The notes below the pieces were generated by a model. That model was given only the letters and a program-made list of their open reading frames with translations, searched no databases and had not been told where the DNA came from. Positions 11,463-20,351 of a stretch of DNA of 64,000 nt are shown here, piece by piece. Each line of letters opens with the position of its first letter. The first letter of the stretch is position 1. This stretch comes from Candidatus Krumholzibacteriia bacterium (GTDB taxonomy: Bacteria > Krumholzibacteriota > Krumholzibacteriia > LZORAL124-64-63), in contig JAWOID010000053.1 of assembly GCA_046484865.1 (NCBI GenBank), positions 1-64,000 on the forward strand, read 5' to 3'. The translations under genes were made by a program, and so were the position numbers.

Positions 11463-11888
11463 TCACTCGAATTCCACCAGGACCTCGTTCTCCCGGATGC
11501 TGTCGCCGGCCGCCACCGGCACGGACTTCACCTTGCCGGCGGCGGGCGCCGAGATGGCGGTCTCCATCTTCATGGCCTCGATCACCAGCAGTTCCTGCCC
11601 CTGCCGGACCTCGTCCCCCGCCTTGCACTTGACCTCCACCACCGTGCCGGCGATGGGCGACGCCACCTGCTTGCCGCCTGCAGCGGCTGCCGGCGAGGCG
11701 CCGGCGGGCGCCTGACCGCTCCGCCCGGGGGGCGGGGCGACCGGCGGCGCGCCCGCGGGGTTTCCCGCCGGGGCGGCGGACCGGCGCATTGGGGGCAGGG
11801 GCGTGGCGGCCGCGAACTCGTCCTTCGCGTCGAGAACCTCGACGTCCACCTCGTAGGCCACGCCGTGAACGGTGATCTTCAGCTTCAT
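11463..11888 (-). CDS. mmdC: Biotin carrier (gamma) subunit of Na+-pumping decarboxylase
   Basis: MKLKITVHGVAYEVDVE N-terminus, Ala/Pro linker, EAMKME motif; RBS GAGGAG. Confidence 0.88.
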   Translation of the reverse strand: MKLKITVHGVAYEVDVEVLDAKDEFAAATPLPPMRRSAAPAGNPAGAPPVAPPPGRSGQAPAGASPAAAAGGKQVASPIAGTVVEVKCKAGDEVRQGQELLVIEAMKMETAISAPAAGKVKSVPVAAGDSIRENEVLVEFE

Positions 11889-11917
11889 GCTCGCTCCTCG
11901 CGGGCCGCGGCGGCGCG

Positions 11918-11956
11918 GCCGGCAGGCTGTGCCGGCAGGCTGTGCCGGCAAGCTGG
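11918..11956. repeat. 13-bp tandem repeat x3 (GCCGGCAGGCTGT, third copy degenerate)
   Basis: Read directly in the mmdD-mmdC spacer. Confidence 0.7.
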
Positions 11957-12002
11957 ACCGGCGGTCGGGCCGGCGATCGGGGCCGGCCGCCGGTGCGGCT
12001 GC

Positions 12003-12350
12003 TCAGTCGCGATCGTGGCCCCGGTCGATCACGTGGGACCCCTGCAGCACCAGGCGGCCCTGCGCCGACCAGGGCGTACGCGGCTGGTCGGGCGACAGCA
12101 GCCGCCGGACCCGCCTGATCCGGTGGCGCCCCACCAGGACCGTGGCCACTGCGGCGGAGATCAGCACCATCGTGACCGTATCGATGGTGGGTTCCTTGCT
12201 CACGGCGTCCGCGAGAGCCTGCTTCTCGCTGCGCTGCCAGCGTTCGTCCAGCCGGCGCAGCAGTCCCACCGCCGTCGCGATCAGCGCCAGCACGAGGAAG
12301 ACGATGACCACGCCCGCGGCGGAGAGCACGAGGTTGTCGCTGGACACCAT
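12003..12350 (-). CDS. mmdD: OadG/MmdD-family membrane anchor (delta) subunit
   Basis: N-terminal TM helix (GVVIVFLVLALI), ISAAVA segment and C-terminal W...GR motif; lies between the alpha and biotin subunits. Confidence 0.8.
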   Translation of the reverse strand: MVSSDNLVLSAAGVVIVFLVLALIATAVGLLRRLDERWQRSEKQALADAVSKEPTIDTVTMVLISAAVATVLVGRHRIRRVRRLLSPDQPRTPWSAQGRLVLQGSHVIDRGHDRD

Positions 12351-12421
12351 GGCGGCACCTTCCGGGAGGTCTTCCCCTGTCCGCCGGGCCGTCGGCCCGC
12401 GGCCGGCAGCGCCCGCGGATC

Positions 12422-13972
12422 CTACAGCGGGATGAGTCCGTGCTTCTTGCGGGGACGAAGCTCACGCTTGGCCCTCAGCACCTCGAGCGACTGCGCCACG
12501 TAAGCGCGGGTGTCGGCGGGTTCGATGATGTCGTCGAGCATGCCGCGGCCGGCTGCCTCGTAGGGGTTGGCGAACGCCTCGTTGTACTCGGCGATCTTCT
12601 GCCGCCGCACCGCCACCGGATCCTCCGCCGCCGCGATCTCGGCCCTGTACAGCAGGCCCACCGCGCCCTCGGCGCCCATCACGGCGATCTCGCCGCTGGG
12701 CCACGCGGCCACCCGATCGGCGCCCATCGACTTGCCGCACATGGCCAGGTAAGCGCCGCCGTAAGCCTTGCGCACGACGATGGTGATCTTCGGCACGGTG
12801 GCCGAGCCGTAGGCGAACAGCATCTTGGCCCCGTGGCGGATGATTCCCCCGTACTCCTGCTGCACGCCCGGCATGAACCCGGGCACGTCCACGAAGGTGA
12901 CCAGCGGAATGTTGAAGGCGTTGCAGAAGCGGATGAACCGGGCGCCCTTGCTGGACGAATCGATGTCCAGCACACCCGCCTTCTGCAGCGGATTGTTGGC
13001 CACGATGCCGACCGTATGCCCTTCCAGCCGGGCGAAGCCGACGATGAGATTGGGTGCGAAGTGTTCCTGCACCTCCAGGAAGTCGCCGCGGTCCACCACC
13101 CGGCGGACCACCTCGTGCATGTCGTACGGCTGGCGCCGGCTCTCCGGCACGATGTCGTTGAGCGCCTCGTCCGGCGCCACGGCCTCGTCGTGCAGCTCGC
13201 GATAGAAAGGCGGGTCGTCCGTGTTGTTGCTGGGGAGGTACGACAGGAGACGGCGGGCGATCTCCATGGCCTCGGCGTCGTCCACGGCCGTGAAGTGCAC
13301 CACGCCCGAGTAGTGCGTGTGGCTGTAGACGCCACCGAGCTGTTCGGAGGTCACCTCCTCGCCGGTGACCTGCTTGATCACCGCGGGGCCGGTGATGTAC
13401 ATCTGCCCCGCCTTCTCCACCTGGATGATGAAGTCGGTGAGGGCGGGCGAGTAGGCCGCGCCGCCCGCGCAGGGTCCGGCGATGATGGAGATCTGCGGCA
13501 CCACTCCCGAGAGACGGATGTTGTGGTAGAAGATGCGGCCGTAGCCCGCCAGGGAGTCCACGCCCTCCTGGATGCGCGCACCGCCGGAGTCGTTGATGAA
13601 GACGATGGGATCGCCGGTCTTCTCGGCATCGCCCATCAGTTCCCACATCTTGCGCGCCGTCGCCTCGCCGACGGCGCCGCCGCCCACGGTGAAATCCTGG
13701 CAGGCGGCGTAGAGCGGCCGGCCGGACATCAGGCCGTAGCCGGTCACCACGCCCTCGCCCGGGAACTCCTTGCCCTGCATCCCGAACCGGGTGCAGCGGT
13801 GCTGCATGAAGAGGTGCGTCTCCTGGAAGGAGTCCTCGTCGAACAGCAGCGCGAGGCGCTCGCGTGCGGTGAGCTTGCCCTGCTCGTGCTGCCTGGCGAT
13901 CCGCTGCTCGCCGCCGCCGGCGTAGAGCGCCCGCTTGCGCCGACGCAATTCCTCGATGTGCTTCTCGGCCAT
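12422..13972 (-). CDS. mmdA: Methylmalonyl-CoA decarboxylase alpha subunit (carboxyltransferase)
   Basis: [47 protein letters not shown]; first gene of an A-D-C-B operon. Confidence 0.88.
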   Translation of the reverse strand: MAEKHIEELRRRKRALYAGGGEQRIARQHEQGKLTARERLALLFDEDSFQETHLFMQHRCTRFGMQGKEFPGEGVVTGYGLMSGRPLYAACQDFTVGGGAVGEATARKMWELMGDAEKTGDPIVFINDSGGARIQEGVDSLAGYGRIFYHNIRLSGVVPQISIIAGPCAGGAAYSPALTDFIIQVEKAGQMYITGPAVIKQVTGEEVTSEQLGGVYSHTHYSGVVHFTAVDDAEAMEIARRLLSYLPSNNTDDPPFYRELHDEAVAPDEALNDIVPESRRQPYDMHEVVRRVVDRGDFLEVQEHFAPNLIVGFARLEGHTVGIVANNPLQKAGVLDIDSSSKGARFIRFCNAFNIPLVTFVDVPGFMPGVQQEYGGIIRHGAKMLFAYGSATVPKITIVVRKAYGGAYLAMCGKSMGADRVAAWPSGEIAVMGAEGAVGLLYRAEIAAAEDPVAVRRQKIAEYNEAFANPYEAAGRGMLDDIIEPADTRAYVAQSLEVLRAKRELRPRKKHGLIPL

Positions 13973-14055
13973 CCTGAACGCGTCCTTTCCGGCCGGCGCC
14001 GGCCCCCTGCATGCCCGCCGCATCGCAGCCAGGGCGACACGGAACCGGACGCCAC

Positions 14056-14085
14056 AATCTAAGCGGGTGGAACGCGTGCGCGCAA
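14056..14085 (-). promoter_or_regulatory. Putative sigma70 promoter of the mmd operon
   Basis: Minus strand TTGCGC-18 bp-TAGATT, about 85 bp upstream of mmdA. Confidence 0.45.
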
Positions 14086-14180
14086 AACCAACTTGGAGGG
14101 CGCCCCTCCCGCGGCAGCCGCCGCCGGCGCGGGGCCGCCCACCGGCGCCTCGCCGGCCGCCGCGGCGAGCGAGGTTGGCC

Positions 14181-15296
14181 TCACACCAGGTTCTCGGGGT
14201 TGAGGACCTCGAGCTCCGGCACGACGAAGCGTCCGTCCTTGCGGATGAGCTTGCCGTCGAACCAGATCTCGCCGCCGCCCCACTCCGGCGTCTGGTTGCA
14301 GACGATGTCCCAGTGCAGGGCCGACTTGTTGCCGTTGAAGGCTGCGGCGTAGGCGTTGCCGGGCGTCAGGTGGAAGCTGCCGCCGATCTTCTCGTCGAAG
14401 AGGGTGTCGAGCATGGGTCGGGTGATGTGGGGGTTGAGGCCGAAGGCGAACTCGCCGAAGTAGCGCGCCCCCTCGTCGATGTCGAGCTGCTGGTCGAGCT
14501 TGGCATCGTCGCCGTCACAGGTGGCCTGGACGATCTTCCCGTCCTTCACCTCGAAGCGGACGTTCCGGAAGAGGGTGCCGGCCCGCATGGTGTCGGTGTT
14601 GTACTGGATCACGCCGTTGACGGAATCGCGCACCGGGGCGGTGTAGACCTCGCCGTCGGGGATGTTGCGCCGGCCGTCGCACTTCACCGCCGGCAGCCCG
14701 GCGATGGAGAAGCGCAGATCGGTCCCCGGACCCTTCAAATGCACCTCTTCGGTGACGTCGATGAGCCCCGCCAGCGGGTCCATGGCCTTGCTCAGGCGCT
14801 GGTAGTCGAGCGTGCAGACACGGAAGTAGAAGTCCGCGAAGTCGTCGGTGGCGCGCTCGGCCAGCTGCGCCATGGCCGCGTTGGGGTAGCGCAGGACGCA
14901 CCACTTCTTCTTCAGCCGCACCGGAATGTGCACCGTGTCCCAGTACGCCTGGTCGTGCCATTTCAAACGCTGGGGCGTCACGTCGGCCAGGTCGAACGGG
15001 TTGGTGGCGCCGCGTATGCCGATGTAGGCGTCCACCGCCTCCATGATGGGCCGATGGAACTGTCCCCAGGCGACGAACTGCTCCTCCTGGGCGTGCTTGA
15101 TGAAGTGGCGGCTCAAGGTCTCGTCGTTGTAGTACCAGAAGGGCACGCCTCCCCTCAGGGTGGCCACCCGGACGATCTCCCGGCCCAGTTCCAGCGCCTC
15201 GATGCCCTTGATCTCCAGGTAGAGCTTCTCGCCGCTCTGCAGTTCCACGCTGTAGTCGACGAGCAACTCGGCGAGTTGCGTGTTGCGAGGGTCCAT
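14181..15296 (-). CDS. Aminopeptidase, M29 (AmpS/AmpT) family
   Basis: NIPDGEVYTAP, GEFAFG, TLFDEKIGGSFHLTPGNAY, SALHWD; RBS GGAGGA. Confidence 0.92.
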   Translation of the reverse strand: MDPRNTQLAELLVDYSVELQSGEKLYLEIKGIEALELGREIVRVATLRGGVPFWYYNDETLSRHFIKHAQEEQFVAWGQFHRPIMEAVDAYIGIRGATNPFDLADVTPQRLKWHDQAYWDTVHIPVRLKKKWCVLRYPNAAMAQLAERATDDFADFYFRVCTLDYQRLSKAMDPLAGLIDVTEEVHLKGPGTDLRFSIAGLPAVKCDGRRNIPDGEVYTAPVRDSVNGVIQYNTDTMRAGTLFRNVRFEVKDGKIVQATCDGDDAKLDQQLDIDEGARYFGEFAFGLNPHITRPMLDTLFDEKIGGSFHLTPGNAYAAAFNGNKSALHWDIVCNQTPEWGGGEIWFDGKLIRKDGRFVVPELEVLNPENLV

Positions 15297-15611
15297 GACG
15301 TCCTCCGGACGATGAAACGAACGACGGGGAACCCCGGAATTCTAGCGCCGTGAGCCCCGGGTCACCAGCGCCAGTTGCGCCGCTCCGCCGGCGTGCCGCC
15401 GTCGCGCAGCCGGCCGCGCAGCCCCGAACGACCGCGGACACCACGCAGCCACGACTCGGCCCCCGCGCGGCCACCGCGCCGACGGCGCACAGCCGGGCCG
15501 CCGCCCCGCCCGATGCCGCTTGTGCCCGCGGGCGGCGCGTTCTTACTTGGTGGCAGGTGGGCGGAGCCGGGTGGCCGCCCCGCTGCGGCCCCTTCCCGAG
15601 CGAGGTGGAGC

Positions 15612-16073
15612 GTGAACGACCGGCAGCAGGATCCGACCGGACTTCCCGCCGGCACCGCCGGTTTCGTGGATCACGTGGGTATCGCCGTCCACGATCTCGA
15701 CCAGGCGCTCCTGCTCTGGCGCGACCTGCTCGGACTCGAGCTGGAACGGGTGGAAGAGGTGCCGAGCGAACACGTACGGGTGGCGTTCCTGAAGCTGGAC
15801 CGGGCCGGCGGCCGGGGGCACATCGAACTGCTGGCGCCCACCGGCCCGGAGGGCGCGCTCGCCCGGTACCTCGAGAAGCGCGGCCCGGGTCTGCACCACG
15901 TGGCGGTGGCCGCCGAGAACGTCGGCGAGGTGATGCGGCGCTGCCGCGCGGCAGGGTTGCAACTGCTGGACGAGACGCCGCGCACCGGCGCCGGCGGCAA
16001 GCCGGTGGTGTTCCTGCATCCGCGGTCGGGCGGCGGTGTCCTGCTCGAGATCTGCGGAGCCGCCGGCCACTGA
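15612..16073 (+). CDS. mce: Methylmalonyl-CoA epimerase
   Basis: DHVGIAV, IELLAP, RGPGLHHVA, FLHPRS..GVLLE metal-binding VOC motifs; GTG start after GGAG. Confidence 0.9.
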   Translation: MNDRQQDPTGLPAGTAGFVDHVGIAVHDLDQALLLWRDLLGLELERVEEVPSEHVRVAFLKLDRAGGRGHIELLAPTGPEGALARYLEKRGPGLHHVAVAAENVGEVMRRCRAAGLQLLDETPRTGAGGKPVVFLHPRSGGGVLLEICGAAGH

Positions 16074-16118
16074 GACCGGCAGCTCCACCGCGAGTGCGTG
16101 GAGAGCGTCCTCCGCCGA

Positions 16119-18923
16119 TCAGGGCCTCGCCGGGGGCAGCTCCAGACGTCGCTCTGGCGATTGCCAGCCCGGGTACGGCGCCACCGCGAACGAGCACGAC
16201 GCGCTCTCGTCGCCCACCTTCACCGTCACCGTGTACTCGCCCGGTTCCACGAAGTCCGGACCCTGCCGGCGCGGGTCGCCGAAGCGGTGCTTCTCGTCCG
16301 CCTGCAGATCCCACACGGCCCGGTTCAGGCCGGGGCGCGCCGGTCCTTCCAGCGTGCGCACCGAGAGGCCGGCGGCGTCCTTCACGGTGATGCTCACGGC
16401 TTTCGGGGCCATTTCCCGCAGCCAGTAGGTGACCACCGCGCCATCGGGGGGGTTCTGGCCGCGGAACACGCGGTGGCCGCTGCCGTAGCCGCGGAAGCCG
16501 TACAGGCGCGGTGCGGCGTCCTGGATCGGGAACAGGTGCAAAGGCTCGCGGGCCGCCGCCGCCGCGCCGGACAGCGCCGTCACGTCGTCCAGGATCCAGA
16601 TGCTGCGCCCGTGCGTGGCCGCCACCAGGTCGTTCTCGCGGGGATGCAACACCAGGTCGTACACCGGGACGGTGGGCAGCGAGTCGCCGCCGAGCTTCAG
16701 CCAGCGGCGTCCGCCGTCGAGCGTCACGTAGGCCCCCTGCTCGTTTCCGCAGTAGAGGACCTGGCGGTTGCGCGGATCCTCGCGCACCACGCGCACCGGG
16801 CTGCCGGCGGGCAGATCGCCGCTGATGTCGCGCCACTTGCGTCCCAGGTTCTCGCTCGTGAACACCCGCGGCCGGAAGTCGTCGCTGCGATGCCCGTCGA
16901 TGGCGACGTAGACCGTCTCGCCGTCGTGACCCGACGCCTCGAGGTGGGCCACGTAGAGGCCGCCGCCCTCCTTCGGCGTCACTTCGCGCCAGCTCCCGCC
17001 GTCGTCGCTGGTCACGTGGATGCGGCCGTCGTCGGTCCCCGCCCACAGCCGCCCGGCTTGCAGCGGCGACTCCGCCAGCGCGGTCACCGTGCCGTACGTC
17101 TCGGCATCCGACCCCTCGGTGAGCACCCGGTCGACCTCCCGACGCGAGAGATCATCGCTGATGGCGTACCAGTAGTCGCCCTTGTGGGTCAGCTTGTAGA
17201 CGCGCGCGCCGGCGTGGTAGAGGACGGTCGGATCGTGGCGGGAGACGAGGAAAGGAGCGTCCCAGTTGAACCGCACCTGCTCCTGTCCCTCGTCGGCGGC
17301 CGCTCGCAGCGGCGTGACCAGGTGCGTTTTCAGGTCGACGCGCCCCAGATGACCGCCCTGGGCGGTGGCGTACACCACGTCGGGATCGGTGGGATCGAAG
17401 GCGACCCGGAAGCCGTCCCCCCCGTACACCGCGGTCCAGTCCTCGTTGAGGATGCAGGGCTTGTCGTCGCTGCCGGAACGGAACCCGGACGCGGACGGAC
17501 CGATCCAGGAGCCGTTGTCCTGCAAGCCGCCACCCACCCGGTACGGATCGGACAGGTCCACGTCCACGTGGTAGAACTGGCCGACGTCCAGCTGGTCGAA
17601 CAGGTCCCAGGTGGCGGCGCGGTCGTGGCTCACGTACAGCCCGCCGTCGGTGCCCAGCAGGATCCGCTGCGGGTCGGCCGGATCGATGGCGATGGCGTGG
17701 TGATCGACGTGCACTTCCTGCGATCCGCTGCGGCGGAAGGTGCGGCCGCCGTCTTCGCTGACGGCCAGATCCCAGCCGGGCATGTAGACGCGGTCCGGAT
17801 CCTCCGGGTCCACCGCCACGCGGGAGAAGTAGAACGGGCGGAAGTTCAACTCGTGCACCCGGCGCCAGGACGCGCCCCCGTCGTCGCTGCGGAACAACCC
17901 ACCCGCGGGCGAACGGTCGTCCCACGCGCTGCGGCCGATCCCGCCCTGATCGCTCTCGACCACCGCGTACAGGATGGTCGGATCGCCGGGGAACACGGTC
18001 AGCCCGATGCGCCCGGTTCGCTCGGGCAGACCCGCGGTGAGCCGGCGCCAGGTGTCGCCGGCGTCGTCGGACCGGAAGATCCCCCCGCGGTCGCTCACGC
18101 CCGTGTAGCTCCACGGCGTGCGGCGCCGCGCGTAGAGAGCCGCATACACCGTCTCGGGGTGGGCGGGGTCGATCACCACGTCGCAGGCGCCGACCTGGTC
18201 GTCCACCTTCAGGACGTGCTGCCACGAACCGCCGCCGTCTCGGGTGCGGTAGATGCCGCGTTCGGGATTCGGCCCCCACAGGTGACCGAGCGCCGCCACG
18301 TAGCAGACGTCGGGGTCGCGCGGGTCCACCGCCAGACGCGGGATGTCGTGCGTCTCGGCGAGGCCCAGGTGCGTGAACGAGCCGCCGCCGTCGGTGCTGC
18401 GGTACACCCCGTGGCCCCACGACGAACTGTTGCGGTTGTTGCCCTCGCCGGTGCCGACCCAGACGATCAGGCCCCGGCCGCGCTCCAGGCGCTCCGTCTC
18501 CGGCACGGCGTCGTCACCGCTCGCCGTCCAGCCCGGCCAGTCGGCCGGCGCATCGGCCGCCGCCACCGCGCCGATGCTGCTGGTCTCCTCGTTGCGAAAC
18601 ACCTCCTCGAAGGTGGTGCCGAGATTGGTGGTGCGGAAGAGACCGCCGGTCGCGTACCCGACGTAGAAGTCGGTGCGGCTCCCCGGCACCAGCGCGATCG
18701 CCGAGACCCGGCCGCTCATGCTCGCCGGTCCGATCGGGCGCCAGCGCAGCGCCGACAGGTCGTCCGCGGCAACGATCCTCGCTTCCTCCGACCGCTCCGC
18801 GGCGACCAGGGTCGCGGGCGCCGCCAGGAACAGGCACACGAGACCGGTTGCCAGCACGCGCGATATCAGCGGCCATCGCTCGGCGCTGCTGAAGAGCCGG
18901 GTGCTGGGACGGCGATTCGACAC
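16119..18923 (-). CDS. Secreted VPS10/sortilin-like BNR-repeat beta-propeller protein with FlgD-Ig-like C-terminus
   Basis: WRPIGPASMSGRV start, many S.D.G..W Asp-box repeats, GGLQDNGSW, RFNWDAP; GTG start with GAGGAGG RBS; signal peptide. Confidence 0.85.
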   Translation of the reverse strand: MSNRRPSTRLFSSAERWPLISRVLATGLVCLFLAAPATLVAAERSEEARIVAADDLSALRWRPIGPASMSGRVSAIALVPGSRTDFYVGYATGGLFRTTNLGTTFEEVFRNEETSSIGAVAAADAPADWPGWTASGDDAVPETERLERGRGLIVWVGTGEGNNRNSSSWGHGVYRSTDGGGSFTHLGLAETHDIPRLAVDPRDPDVCYVAALGHLWGPNPERGIYRTRDGGGSWQHVLKVDDQVGACDVVIDPAHPETVYAALYARRRTPWSYTGVSDRGGIFRSDDAGDTWRRLTAGLPERTGRIGLTVFPGDPTILYAVVESDQGGIGRSAWDDRSPAGGLFRSDDGGASWRRVHELNFRPFYFSRVAVDPEDPDRVYMPGWDLAVSEDGGRTFRRSGSQEVHVDHHAIAIDPADPQRILLGTDGGLYVSHDRAATWDLFDQLDVGQFYHVDVDLSDPYRVGGGLQDNGSWIGPSASGFRSGSDDKPCILNEDWTAVYGGDGFRVAFDPTDPDVVYATAQGGHLGRVDLKTHLVTPLRAAADEGQEQVRFNWDAPFLVSRHDPTVLYHAGARVYKLTHKGDYWYAISDDLSRREVDRVLTEGSDAETYGTVTALAESPLQAGRLWAGTDDGRIHVTSDDGGSWREVTPKEGGGLYVAHLEASGHDGETVYVAIDGHRSDDFRPRVFTSENLGRKWRDISGDLPAGSPVRVVREDPRNRQVLYCGNEQGAYVTLDGGRRWLKLGGDSLPTVPVYDLVLHPRENDLVAATHGRSIWILDDVTALSGAAAAAREPLHLFPIQDAAPRLYGFRGYGSGHRVFRGQNPPDGAVVTYWLREMAPKAVSITVKDAAGLSVRTLEGPARPGLNRAVWDLQADEKHRFGDPRRQGPDFVEPGEYTVTVKVGDESASCSFAVAPYPGWQSPERRLELPPARP

Positions 18924-19168
18924 GGAAGACCTCCTCGAGGCAGCGTTGGGCGGGGGCGGGCCGGTGTTTATGATCCACCACGAGCGACGCCGAGGCAAGA
19001 GCTTACGGTCTTCACGGGCCATCGGCGGACAGCGGTGACGCTCACCGTGCGGCTGGCGACAGCGCGCGCGCCGACCGTAGTTGTGAGAACGGCGGCCGCG
19101 GCGGTCTCGTGGCAGGGAGGAACGCCGCCACTGCGTCGCTGCCGATCGTGCCGGAAGGAGGGATGGAC

Positions 19169-19468
19169 ATGCCACGGGGTTGGAGCAAGAAGGACGAGCG
19201 GAAGTACGAGCACATCAAGGAGAGTTCCCGGAAGCGCGGCGTGAAGAAGGATCGCGCGAAGGAGATCGCCGCCCGCACGGTGAACAAGGACCGGCGTCAG
19301 GAGGGCCGCACCCCCAACCAGACGACCCAGGGGACCGGCAACCCGGCCCGCGGACTCGAGGAGCGCAGCAAGCAGGAACTGTACAATCGCGCGAAGCAGC
19401 TGGGGATCTCCGGGCGCAGCAAGATGGACAAGCAGGCCCTGGTCCGCGCCATCCGCCAGGAGCAGTGA
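19169..19468 (+). CDS. Small basic conserved protein with C-terminal Rho-N-like helix-extension-helix (often labelled plasmid stabilization protein)
   Basis: WSKKDERKYEHIKES...AKEIAARTVNK and SKQELYNRAKQLGISGRSKMDK; RBS GGAGG. Confidence 0.75.
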   Translation: MPRGWSKKDERKYEHIKESSRKRGVKKDRAKEIAARTVNKDRRQEGRTPNQTTQGTGNPARGLEERSKQELYNRAKQLGISGRSKMDKQALVRAIRQEQ

Positions 19469-19510
19469 GGAACGGACGCCGACCCGGCGAGCGCCGTTTC
19501 CGGGCGGACT

Positions 19511-19537
19511 GCGCCCGCGGGGCCGATCCGCGGGCGC
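19511..19537. terminator. GC-rich hairpin between convergent genes
   Basis: GCGCCCGCGG-7 nt-CCGCGGGCGC perfect 10-bp stem; no U-tract. Confidence 0.4.
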
Positions 19538-19549
19538 GCCCGCTCCCGG

Positions 19550-20308
19550 TCACTCGGAGCGCGGCTCGTAGATGCCGAAGTCGCGCCAGGTGGGCTCTCC
19601 CGCCACCACCTCGACCTCCGGTTCCTGCGTCGGATTGAGGAAAGCCGGAGCCTGGCCGGTGCCGAACATGTCCTTCACCTGGCCCGAGGGCAGGCTCCCC
19701 ACGTAGATCGCCTGCGCTCCGCTCTCGGCACACCCCTCGGTGGTGACGCACGACGGAACGCCGGCGGGGTCGAGCCGGAAGACCACGTCCTCGACCGGAC
19801 CGGGGAACATCAGCTTCCAGTTCACCAGGAGGGTCGGGCCGCCGCTGTTCAGCCGGCCTGACTGGGCGATCCCCACGACGCACTCGCCCGCCGAGCGACC
19901 GACGCTCAGGACGCGCCACGGGAACGTCTGCTCGGTCACGTGGCCGTCCGCTCCCTCGATCTCGAGCGTCAGCTCGAACGCGCCGATCGCCAGGAACGCC
20001 TCGCCGTCCCGCTGCACGGGCTCCACGTCTGTCAGCAGGGCGTGAAGATCCACCACCGTCATGCCCTCGGGGTCGGGGTCGACCTGCGCCGTGGTCTGGA
20101 CGCTGTCCGGGGCGAACGAGAGGCGGATCACGCCATTGAGACCGCACCAATCGGTCGCACCCGCCGGCTCGGCGGTGCCGCCCATCCCGGTGACGGTCGC
20201 CACGATCAGCGACAGCAGGACGGCCAGAGCGGGCCAACGCCGCGGCTGTACCACCGCGAGCGCGGAACACCGTCCGTCGTGCCGGTTCATCATCTGCGCT
20301 GGATGCAT
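19550..20308 (-). CDS. Hypothetical secreted beta-rich protein
   Basis: RBS GAGGAG, hydrophobic signal segment, coding-like GC3 bias and four mature-region Cys; no family recognised. Confidence 0.7.
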   Translation of the reverse strand: MHPAQMMNRHDGRCSALAVVQPRRWPALAVLLSLIVATVTGMGGTAEPAGATDWCGLNGVIRLSFAPDSVQTTAQVDPDPEGMTVVDLHALLTDVEPVQRDGEAFLAIGAFELTLEIEGADGHVTEQTFPWRVLSVGRSAGECVVGIAQSGRLNSGGPTLLVNWKLMFPGPVEDVVFRLDPAGVPSCVTTEGCAESGAQAIYVGSLPSGQVKDMFGTGQAPAFLNPTQEPEVEVVAGEPTWRDFGIYEPRSE

Positions 20309-20351
20309 GGTCTGCTCCTCTTCGCGCCGCCGGTGATCGGATCGCGGCGGC

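Noticed and set aside
13973..14050. Possible Na+-sensing riboswitch in the mmdA leader
   Set aside because: Plausible by gene context, but I cannot match the leader to any riboswitch consensus by eye; it needs an Rfam/Infernal scan.
16119..18923. Recurring repeats in the BNR gene and the multiheme gene as possible CRISPR or DNA repeat arrays
   Set aside because: They are degenerate protein-level repeats (Asp-box, CxxCH) inside ORFs; there are no identical spaced DNA repeats and no cas genes.
19169..19468. Possible toxin-antitoxin or plasmid stabilisation module
   Set aside because: Single small gene with no partner and no ParE/RelE-like motif; the family label is not evidence of a TA system.
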